Source of the DNA: an uncultured Candidatus Micrarchaeota archaeon
GTDB lineage: Archaea > Micrarchaeota > Micrarchaeia > Anstonellales > Anstonellaceae
DNA length: 57,469 nucleotides
Direction: 5' to 3'
Assembly (NCBI GenBank): GCA_903892905.1
Contig: CAITKI010000153.1
Location: forward strand, 1 to 57,469
Shown: positions 35,901 through 42,369 of the stretch, piece by piece
Position numbering within the stretch: the stretch's first letter is position 1
Layout: each line of letters begins with the position of its first letter
The notes under the pieces: generated by a model
Told to the model about the DNA's origin: nothing
Seen by the model: only the letters and a program-made list of their open reading frames with translations
Database searches by the model: none
Made by a program: the position numbers and the translations under genes

Positions 35901-36206
35901 GACGAACAGGAATGTAGGGACTGCAAACAGCCCTAGGAAAAAGCAAAGGAGAAGCTTTTCGATGGCGCCAAAGTCCGTCTTCGGAAGCGCACCTTGCGCC
36001 GAAGCGTGAGGGACGGGAGAGCTGCGCTCTCCCGGAGCTTCCGGAGAGCTGGTCGCCGAAGGCGAGCGGATCTTTTTCAAAAGCGGCCAGCCAATGGCAA
36101 GCCCGGGAACCATTGCAGACAGGAAAACGATTAGTGAAAAGTATAATGCGTCGAATGTGAATGCCACCATGATATGACCTCCGATAATGCTCCCTCCCAG
36201 GAGCAT
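32931..36206 (-). CDS. aglB: archaeal oligosaccharyltransferase AglB (STT3 family), 1091 aa with an N-terminal extension
   Basis: SELDPYFYIY first-loop motif, about 13 TM helices, and TSWWDYGHWTNFFG (WWDYG catalytic motif). The TATA TTTTTATAAG at 36227-36236 is about 25 nt upstream of the 36206 ATG. Confidence 0.9.
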   Translation of the reverse strand: MLLGGSIIGGHIMVAFTFDALYFSLIVFLSAMVPGLAIGWPLLKKIRSPSATSSPEAPGERSSPVPHASAQGALPKTDFGAIEKLLLCFFLGLFAVPTFLFVESLAGINFSLTLVFINAFIVIAAGVFFGVREGAFKLSMPKMPKLDATFFTRERAVALIVPALLLLALLLAFWIRIQTYSPIYSELDPYFYIYGTGQIIRDGIQPLTEDTAWWPEIKTANHREVPLKEYLEAEWYALYTNGGEYNNYLLFTTSSWLPPISAAFVSFGAYLLVSSLYGRRYGLFAAFLLAFLPITIYKMSAGVNEAAPVGNMMLFMAMGLFAMSLMKKNNTLRIFSAIAFFIAVTSSNFTPVIALPLAGLAILQSLDYFWRGKKNPEFVMCLAYAAGGFLLGVIFNGIYSGSLAGSLANGPVLMALGGVAFAVAVQYLVGLGWNDKKRYSAIGAAVIISILLIFLTPVGGFVKSTVSGYVGAAEFKTALERTIAEQNLAGNSFEGDAGFIAIVPKNHVEANASGLGILSNVMYGALSIVAALFTLLSNVLFRLLDASFSLFIGTTQATAAKDDSLLFVFMIISVVGLALRHFSRQKEERELPSIPILIILVTMPVLYVGINKIKYTIFAGMMIAVLAAVAIAELERLFRFLASKSRRPSDYELLPSATTKIMQDGPKWVSIAFAFLLIFVVYEQAAGPVPYAYIFSIKSLEPRYQDNPAAMMPVVSKLCEGLRAKGVPISQMQSLCDAGAYANFSDSINNQFDANVCWLSQMRVDELFPAANDTAAQQRSSEAVTSAKFRCNRIADYWIDSMTWINKNLGTADRVTSWWDYGHWTNFFGDRNTVLRNEHASRGMIGRVAHDYIVGSTQDMIDSMNYFDSRYALFDVELVGGSTFGGKYGALNYLGCVHEGATSLDEQPGTSQCEYDHSPERIAIPRAQTTANICTISESQQRTGVYAYRLGKDAIDQAKPAYCVGETTIATGEKISATYYLDRKDANGDLVLSKGLMRIIDQSQSEVVYAEMVYDNKKIWYGANGTLVDGMEDAKTAFYTSNLYKAFYLEDLPGFDLAYKSPNGEIKIYKMKNFTGNAAGWVDPVESKRQN

Positions 36207-36308
36207 GGGGATTAGACCCCATTCGCTTATAAAAATGTGCTTTTAGCGCATTTTTGGCAGATACGCCGCAAGTTGAACCAGACTTGACAAGCTATAAGAT
36301 GAAATTTT

Positions 36309-36701
36309 CTACGGTTCCTGCCTTTTGATGCCATTTACTTTGTCAAATCCCTTGTCAAAGCTGCAGATGGTGGAAATGCTATTCACCTTCATGGTGGCAG
36401 CGTGGAATGAATCGGAAGCATCAAGCCCGCCGCGCATGAATTCCATTGAAAGCCTGGCTATCCTGTCATCTACTGCCAGAATGGAGAGGTTTGGAAGCGA
36501 TGTGAGCTGCTGGTGGATTTTTTCAACTGAAGGCAACCCGCCATGATACATAAAGAAGTGACACACCTCATTTATGACCAATGAGCTTGTACATGCATTC
36601 TGTTCCCCGTCACTTAGTTTTTTCATAAGCAGCCGTGTCCTCTCGCCTTCCTTGCCCTTGCTCATGTAATATGTAATGAAGACATTGGCATCAATGAACA
36701 T
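36309..36701 (-). CDS. vapC: PIN-domain ribonuclease (VapC-type toxin)
   Basis: MFIDANVFITY N-terminus with the conserved Asp, plus later D/E residues, in a 130 aa protein that overlaps the upstream antitoxin gene. Confidence 0.8.
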   Translation of the reverse strand: MFIDANVFITYYMSKGKEGERTRLLMKKLSDGEQNACTSSLVINEVCHFFMYHGGLPSVEKIHQQLTSLPNLSILAVDDRIARLSMEFMRGGLDASDSFHAATMKVNSISTICSFDKGFDKVNGIKRQEP

Positions 36702-36945
36702 TTTTCATCAACTCGCCTGCCCGTTTCTTTTCGCTTTCCTGTATCATCCCCATGATGTCGGATTGGGAATGATTGGCCATGACATTCCGCAGTTTTTCCA
36801 TTTCCTCGAAAACATTAGTGGCAGGAACCACTTTGATCCCGTCATTTTCAAGCCTGAATGTTATTTTAGTGCCTGGAATCATTTTGAGTGCGTCGCGCAT
36901 GCTTTTTGGAAGGACCACGATGCCTTTCTCGTAAATTTCAGCCAT
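36691..36945 (-). CDS. vapB: AbrB/SpoVT-fold antitoxin (VapB-type)
   Basis: MAEIYEKGIVVLPKSMRDALKMIPGTKITFRLENDGIKVVP swapped-hairpin motif. The start is taken at the internal ATG at 36945 (track start 37050). Confidence 0.7.
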   Translation of the reverse strand: MAEIYEKGIVVLPKSMRDALKMIPGTKITFRLENDGIKVVPATNVFEEMEKLRNVMANHSQSDIMGMIQESEKKRAGELMKNVH

Positions 36946-37098
36946 ATATCCACCGGTTAAACCTGATGGATAAACTCCTATATAACCCTTTTCTTCGGAT
37001 GAAGATTTTCCCATGCAATAAGCACGCAATTTCGCCTTAAAAGCCTTCACAGGGTAACATGCCGGTGGACCAGCCGTCTTTCAGACGACTTGTCTATA

Positions 37099-37175
37099 AG
37101 TTGTGCAGCGCACCAGAACGGTTCGCCGTTCTGGTCGCGTCCCTTTTTGCTATGCAAAAAGCGGACGGCACAACT
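37099..37175 (+). ncRNA. candidate structured RNA or DNA element (three-way junction); strand uncertain
   Basis: The outer stem AGTTGTGC (37099-37106) / GCACAACT (37168-37175) encloses two hairpins. The first is ACCAGAACGG-TTCG-CCGTTCTGGT (37112-37135, 10 bp, UUCG loop). The second is TTTTTGC-TAT-GCAAAAA (37144-37160), extended by GTCC/GGAC. Confidence 0.3.
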
Positions 37176-37292
37176 GCATGGTTCCGGTGCTTTAAGCTTG
37201 TTGCATGCGACAGCGTCATCCTGAAACTGCAGAAGATTCTGTCGTTTTGACCGGTTGGATGGACGAAATGCATATTAAGTGGAAATAAGCAT

Positions 37293-38393
37293 GTGATGAA
37301 TATGGCAGACGTTCACATAGTTGGCGCAGGCCCAGCCGGCCTGTTTGCAGGCATTGCGGCATTGCGTTCGGGCAGGAGCGCGCTTGCAAGCGAGGAGCAT
37401 TCGCGCGTGGGCGAGCCGGAGGCATGCTCAGGGCTCATATCTAGGTCGGGCCTGGAGGCGCTTCGCAAAAGCGCCGGCGTGGATTATTCGCGCGCCAGGA
37501 TAAATGCCATCAATTCCGCAAAAATCGTCTGCGGCAAGGAAGAGTTTGCCATAACGCCTAAGGAAGAGACCGCGGTGCTCATTTCCCGCTCTGAGTTTGA
37601 CGGGCTGGCTGCCGAGAAGTTCGTGGAGGAAGGGGGAAGGCTGGAGCTTGGGAAAAAAGTGACTGGCGATTTCCAGTCCGATTGCATCATTGGCGCGGAC
37701 GGGCCTGCGTCGCTGGTTGCGGAAAAGTTCGGCTTCCCGAAAATCAAGTCCTATGTCGCAAGCATGCAAGGCGACTTTGCATATGAATGCGAGGATGCGC
37801 ACTGTGCCACGCTTTACCTATCATCGCAGGATTTCCCGGGCTTTTTTGGCTGGGCGATACCGAAAAATGAAAGCGAGGCGAAAATAGGCCTGGGCGTGGC
37901 GCTTCCCCGCCATCCGCTTGCCTATTACAGGCGCTTCCTGGCGCAGCTGGGAGTGGAAGGGAAGCCTTCGCACGAATTTGCCGCGGTGATACCTACTTCG
38001 GTGCGCGCAAAAACTGCGATGAGGGCAGGCAAGCGAAACGTGCTTTTGGCAGGGGATGCCGCAGGCCAGGTGAAGGCCACCACGGGAGGCGGGGTCTTCT
38101 TCGGGGCAAGCTGCGGCATGCTGGCAGGCAAGTATGCTGATGCGCCTGAAAAGTATGAGAAGGCCTGGCGTGCGCAGTACGGGCTTGATCTTGCGCTTCA
38201 CTCCAATTTGCGCGCGGCGCTGGACCTTGCAGGCGGCCAGCCGCCCTCCGTGATGGTGTCTGCGGCAAAGGCGCTTTTCTTCGACGAGCTGCTGTCCGAG
38301 AAGGGAACGATGGATAGGTGGGGACAGATGGCAACGCCTTCCACTCTTGCCACTTATGCCGGCATTCTGAGGAAAAAACTGGTGGGGAGATGA
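37293..38393 (+). CDS. geranylgeranyl reductase-family FAD-dependent oxidoreductase
   Basis: VHIVGAGPAGLFAG dinucleotide-binding motif and LAGDAAGQVKATTGGGV near the C-terminal third, in a 366 aa protein. Confidence 0.8.
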   Translation: MMNMADVHIVGAGPAGLFAGIAALRSGRSALASEEHSRVGEPEACSGLISRSGLEALRKSAGVDYSRARINAINSAKIVCGKEEFAITPKEETAVLISRSEFDGLAAEKFVEEGGRLELGKKVTGDFQSDCIIGADGPASLVAEKFGFPKIKSYVASMQGDFAYECEDAHCATLYLSSQDFPGFFGWAIPKNESEAKIGLGVALPRHPLAYYRRFLAQLGVEGKPSHEFAAVIPTSVRAKTAMRAGKRNVLLAGDAAGQVKATTGGGVFFGASCGMLAGKYADAPEKYEKAWRAQYGLDLALHSNLRAALDLAGGQPPSVMVSAAKALFFDELLSEKGTMDRWGQMATPSTLATYAGILRKKLVGR

Positions 38394-38408
38394 GCCTGCT
38401 GCAAACCG

Positions 38409-38861
38409 TCAGGGCCTGGCGCGCTTCGGCGGGTCCGATTTTTTCGCAAAGGGGCTTGTTGCCTTGACGGAATGCATGCCCTTGAAGTCCTTCACATTTT
38501 CAGTGATTATCTCGTAAATTCCATTTTCCTCAGCAGTCGCTGCAAGCAGGGCATCGAAGAAGTGAGTGCCGCCGCCGGAGCATATTGAGAGGGCGGCATC
38601 CACTGTTGCCGCCCCGTAGGATATGACACTGAACACTGAGGCTATCTCCGAAACGTGCCTTCTGGCTTCACCGTATGAAACTGGCGTTTTGGACTTTTCG
38701 GAAAGAACGCGCGAGAATTCGGCAAGGTTTTGCACGCTGACGGCGGCATTTCCCTCTTCCAGGAGGAGCCGTATCGCCTCCTTTGCCGCCATGTGCTTTT
38801 CCAGGTCGCTTTTCTCATATGCATAGACCAATATGCATGTGTCGACAAGCACGCTAGTCAT
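38409..38861 (-). CDS. vapC: PIN-domain ribonuclease (VapC-type toxin), second copy
   Basis: MTSVLVDTCILVYAY N-terminus. The ATG at 38861 lies 2 nt after the upstream stop. Confidence 0.78.
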   Translation of the reverse strand: MTSVLVDTCILVYAYEKSDLEKHMAAKEAIRLLLEEGNAAVSVQNLAEFSRVLSEKSKTPVSYGEARRHVSEIASVFSVISYGAATVDAALSICSGGGTHFFDALLAATAEENGIYEIITENVKDFKGMHSVKATSPFAKKSDPPKRARP

Positions 38862-39099
38862 AAAGCTCGCCCCGTTCGGAATATATCTTCCTGCCGCGCA
38901 GGCCCAAATCAACGCCTTTTTCCATTGAAGACAGCAGGCGTGCCACTGCCTTTTCCCTGCCCTCGTTTTGCCGAAGCGCGATGAGCGCGGCTGCCACTGT
39001 CTTGCTTATCGCGCCTTTCTTGGCCCCGAAGCGCTCAAGGGCGAACCGGCGCAGGAAGCCTTCATTTGAGTCGTCAAGTGAGATGAAGATGTTGCCCAT
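38854..39099 (-). CDS. small antitoxin-like protein (ribbon-helix-helix-like) paired with the PIN gene
   Basis: 81 aa protein starting MGNIFISLDDSNEGFLRRFALERFG..., in an operon with the PIN gene. Confidence 0.55.
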   Translation of the reverse strand: MGNIFISLDDSNEGFLRRFALERFGAKKGAISKTVAAALIALRQNEGREKAVARLLSSMEKGVDLGLRGRKIYSERGELYD

Positions 39100-39172
39100 G
39101 AGACCACCATAAATATTTATATATGGAAAACCATATAAACATATTCATTCTAAATATGGAAGAGGCAATTGC

Positions 39173-39847
39173 ATGATAAAAGCTGACCTGCACACCCACA
39201 CTATTTTCTCAAAGGATTCGCTGTCGCACGTGGAAGATGTGCTTGCCGCGGCAATGAAGCGCGGCATGGGCGCGATTGCAATCACGGACCATGACGGAAT
39301 TGAAGGCGCTATTGAAGCACAGAATATTGCGCGCAAGCGCAGGCTGCCGCTCCAGGTGATCGTGGGCGAGGAAGTGAGGACGGACGATGGCGACTTGCTT
39401 GCTTATTTCGTGAAGGAAAGGATAGCGCCGGGAAAACTGTCTGACGTTCTTGCAGAGGTGAAAAAACAGAAGGCAGTGTGCTCTGCTGCGCACCCGTATG
39501 ATACGGTAAGGCACGGCATAGATTTGCAGGGGCTTGCGCCAGGCGTTTTGGGGAAGATTGGCGCAGTGGAAGTGCTCAATGCGCGCGTGATGGAAGCCTC
39601 GCAGAATGCGCGCGCCATGGGTTTTGCGCTCAAGAACAGGAAGGCACTTTTGGCGGGAAGCGATGCGCACCACCCATCAGAAGTTGGCGCAGCCTATGTT
39701 GAGTTTTATGGCGTGTCTGCGCTTGGCGCCCACTCTCTTTTGCACGCGCAAAGGAAAATCGGGGGGAAACGCTCGCCCCCGTCCGTGCGCTTTTACTCAA
39801 GATATGCGGTTCTTAGGAAAAAGCTTGCGAAGCTTTTCCAGCCGTGA
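39173..39847 (+). CDS. PHP-domain metal-dependent phosphoesterase
   Basis: MIKADLHTHTIFSKDS, AITDHD, and SDAHH motifs. Confidence 0.8.
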   Translation: MIKADLHTHTIFSKDSLSHVEDVLAAAMKRGMGAIAITDHDGIEGAIEAQNIARKRRLPLQVIVGEEVRTDDGDLLAYFVKERIAPGKLSDVLAEVKKQKAVCSAAHPYDTVRHGIDLQGLAPGVLGKIGAVEVLNARVMEASQNARAMGFALKNRKALLAGSDAHHPSEVGAAYVEFYGVSALGAHSLLHAQRKIGGKRSPPSVRFYSRYAVLRKKLAKLFQP

Positions 39848-39858
39848 GACAGGGCTTA

Positions 39859-39926
39859 TAGCAAACCAAAATGGCATTTGCAGGCGTGGTTTGCTAGGTA
39901 GCAGAGCCGGAAATTAGGCTCTGCTA
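39859..39926 (+). terminator. two tandem 10-bp-stem hairpins downstream of the PHP gene (terminator or regulatory)
   Basis: TAGCAAACCA (39859-39868) pairs with TGGTTTGCTA (39887-39896). TAGCAGAGCC (39899-39908) pairs with GGCTCTGCTA (39917-39926). The second stem runs into the TATAAATAG box of the next gene. Confidence 0.35.
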
Positions 39927-39966
39927 TAAATAGTTTCCCAGGGAATCCATTGCGGGAAGTGGAAAC

Positions 39967-40644
39967 ATGCTGCCAAAGCACATTGCAATCATACCTGACG
40001 GCAACCGCAGGTGGGCAAGGAAGAACAGGAAAACCATCCCCTATGCCTACAACAAGGGAATTGAGCATATTGGAGATGTCCTCAAATGGTGCCGCAAGCA
40101 CAGGATAAAAAAACTCACCATGTGGGGCTTCTCCACCGAGAACTTCATGCGCGACCGCGATGAGGTGAAGAACCTGTTTTCGCTTTTCAACCAGAAGCTT
40201 GCCGAAGGGCTCAAGGAGGACTACAAGAAATACGGCGTGAGCGTGCACTTCCGGGGCTCGCTGTCCTCGCTTCCGAAAGACATTGTGGAGAAGATGAGGA
40301 AGGTGGAGCGCGACACTGCCAAGAACGGCAAGTACGAGCTCAATCTCATGCTTGCCTATGGCGGAAGGCAGGAGCTGCTTGACGCGGTGAATGCCGCGCT
40401 TGCGCGCCACCTGCGCAAGGTGGATGAGAAAACATTTTCCAAGCTGCTCTACACAGGCGGCTGGAAAGACCCTGACCTTGTCATCAGGACATCGGGCGAG
40501 GTCCGCACCAGCGGCTTCTTGCCCTGGCAGTCTGCCTACTCAGAGTATTACTTTTCCAAAAAGCTCTGGCCTGATTTTGGAGCGGTTGACTTCAAGCTTG
40601 CGCTCAATGAATTCGCGCGCAGGAGAAGGAAATACGGGAAGTAG
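39967..40644 (+). CDS. uppS: cis-prenyltransferase (undecaprenyl/dolichyl-type polyprenyl diphosphate synthase)
   Basis: HIAIIPDGNRRWARK, FSTENFMR, and RTSGEVRTSGFLPWQSAYSEYYF. Confidence 0.9.
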   Translation: MLPKHIAIIPDGNRRWARKNRKTIPYAYNKGIEHIGDVLKWCRKHRIKKLTMWGFSTENFMRDRDEVKNLFSLFNQKLAEGLKEDYKKYGVSVHFRGSLSSLPKDIVEKMRKVERDTAKNGKYELNLMLAYGGRQELLDAVNAALARHLRKVDEKTFSKLLYTGGWKDPDLVIRTSGEVRTSGFLPWQSAYSEYYFSKKLWPDFGAVDFKLALNEFARRRRKYGK

Positions 40645-40652
40645 GGGCTTGT

Positions 40653-41018
40653 ATGCACGAAATTGAGAACATTGCAAAAAAGAAGCGCGTGAAGGCAGGC
40701 TTGGAAATAGCCGACACTGACTTTGCGCGCATGCGGGGGCTCATGTTCCGCGACGAGATTGTGCCCATATTGTTTGTTTTCGGCTATGACGGCATCTTTT
40801 CCATCCATTCCTACTTCGTGAAAAAGGAGTTTGATGCTGTCTACCTCGCGGCAGATGGCAAGGTGAACGAAGTTTACCGCCGCGTCAAGCCGAACACCGC
40901 GCTTGTCCGCCCAAAAAAGAAATCATCCTTCCTTCTTGAGTTGCCAATGAAGATGACCGATGCGCTCTGCATTGAAGAAGGAGATGTGCTGCGCTGGAAA
41001 CGAGTGGGTGATGGGTGA
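40653..41018 (+). CDS. DUF192-family protein
   Basis: ADTDFARMRGLMFR motif and size (121 aa). Confidence 0.65.
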   Translation: MHEIENIAKKKRVKAGLEIADTDFARMRGLMFRDEIVPILFVFGYDGIFSIHSYFVKKEFDAVYLAADGKVNEVYRRVKPNTALVRPKKKSSFLLELPMKMTDALCIEEGDVLRWKRVGDG

Positions 41019-42369
41019 GCATATGGAAAACCTTGGCTGGAAGCTTGGGGATTGGAGAGCGGACTATAAGACCGGGCTCCGAAAGCTTTCGGCTGAGGAA
41101 GAGGAATTGGTTGCCTCGGTCGCTTCGCGAATACGGGAAAAGGCGCAAAAATCCGAGGACAGCCCCCAGCTGGTGAAGCGCTTTCTTTTAGAAGAGTGCG
41201 AGGAGCAGGGAATCTCGATTGATGAAGAGCAGGAGGAATACCTTTGCCGCACCATCCTGCTCCAGACATTCGGCAGCGGCTTTTTGCAGCCCCTTCTTTC
41301 CGACCCGCAACTCGAGGAAATCGCAGTGGTAGGAATCGGGCAGCCTGTTTTCGTTTTTGTGCGCGGCAAGGGATGGAAAAAAACCGATGTTGCAGTGACG
41401 AATGCGGATTATTTCGTGGCGCTTGTGAACAGGCTTGGCAGGGGCTTGGGAAGGAGACTGACCGCGCAGCAGCCACGCATGAACGCGGTGCTTGAGGACG
41501 GACAGCGCCTGCACGCATCCATGCCGCCAATCTCGCCGTGCGAGCTTACCATACGCAAATTCAGCGAGCAGCCGCTCTCGCCTTTTGACCTGCTAACGCT
41601 AGGCACTTATGACGCGAAAATGCTTTCTCTCCTCTCGCTTTGCCTCCAGGCAGACCTGCCTGTGCTTGTTGCAGGCAACACTGCAAGCGGCAAAACAACT
41701 ACGCTCAACGCGCTCCTTTGCTTTGTGCCTGCAAGCGAAAGGCTGCTTCTCATTGAGGAAACTCCTGAGCTTCGCCTGCCGCATCCGCACCAAGTAAGGC
41801 TGCTGCCATTTGAGGAAAGCGGCATTGGCATGGCGGAGTTGGTGAGGGATTCGCTCCGCATGAGGCCAGACAGGGTGGTGGTGGGCGAGGTGCGCACGCC
41901 GCCAGAGGTGCGTGCGCTGGTGGAATCCGCGCTTTCCGGGCAGGCAAAGGGGTGCTATGCCACCTTCCACGCGCAAAGCTCGCGCGATGCACTCCTGCGC
42001 ATGAGGGCGATGGGCTGCCTGGAGGCTGACCTGGAAGGGATTGAAGTATTCATCGTGCAGAGGCGCACTTCTGTTTACAGCGCCAAGAAACGCAAGATGT
42101 CCGAGGCGCGCAGGGTCACTGAGATTGCGGTTGCAAATGCAGCAGATGTGATGCGCCCCATTGCAGCTTATGATGGTAGGAAATATTCGCCTGCTGGCAT
42201 GAAGATGCTTTTGGAAAAAATCGCGCAAGGAACCGGCATGAATGCACGGGAAGTGGCAGGGGAAATGAAGGCGCGAGAGAAATTTTTTGCAAAGGGAAAG
42301 AAACAGCATGGATTTGAAAGCGCATTTGCAGACATACAGAAACACTTGTATGGAGGTTCTGGCACATGA
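41011..42369 (+). CDS. type II/IV secretion-system ATPase (FlaI/PilB/TadA-like)
   Basis: Walker A VAGNTASGKTTTLNALL, LLIEETPEL, and RMRPDRVVVGEVR. The start is at 41011 or 41023 (track start 40960 overlaps DUF192). Confidence 0.85.
   Translation: MGEHMENLGWKLGDWRADYKTGLRKLSAEEEELVASVASRIREKAQKSEDSPQLVKRFLLEECEEQGISIDEEQEEYLCRTILLQTFGSGFLQPLLSDPQLEEIAVVGIGQPVFVFVRGKGWKKTDVAVTNADYFVALVNRLGRGLGRRLTAQQPRMNAVLEDGQRLHASMPPISPCELTIRKFSEQPLSPFDLLTLGTYDAKMLSLLSLCLQADLPVLVAGNTASGKTTTLNALLCFVPASERLLLIEETPELRLPHPHQVRLLPFEESGIGMAELVRDSLRMRPDRVVVGEVRTPPEVRALVESALSGQAKGCYATFHAQSSRDALLRMRAMGCLEADLEGIEVFIVQRRTSVYSAKKRKMSEARRVTEIAVANAADVMRPIAAYDGRKYSPAGMKMLLEKIAQGTGMNAREVAGEMKAREKFFAKGKKQHGFESAFADIQKHLYGGSGT

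Noticed and set aside
37059-37250. A 63-aa plus-strand ORF covering the three-way-junction element.
   Set aside because: It has no motif, no SD/TATA context and is Cys/Phe/Leu-rich. The nucleotide-level stem complementarity explains the sequence better than coding.
37291-37300. GTGATGA resembling a C/D-box sRNA C box near the structured element.
   Set aside because: It coincides with the start codons (GTG ATG AAT ATG) of the geranylgeranyl reductase ORF. No correctly spaced D box (CTGA) or terminal stem partner is present.
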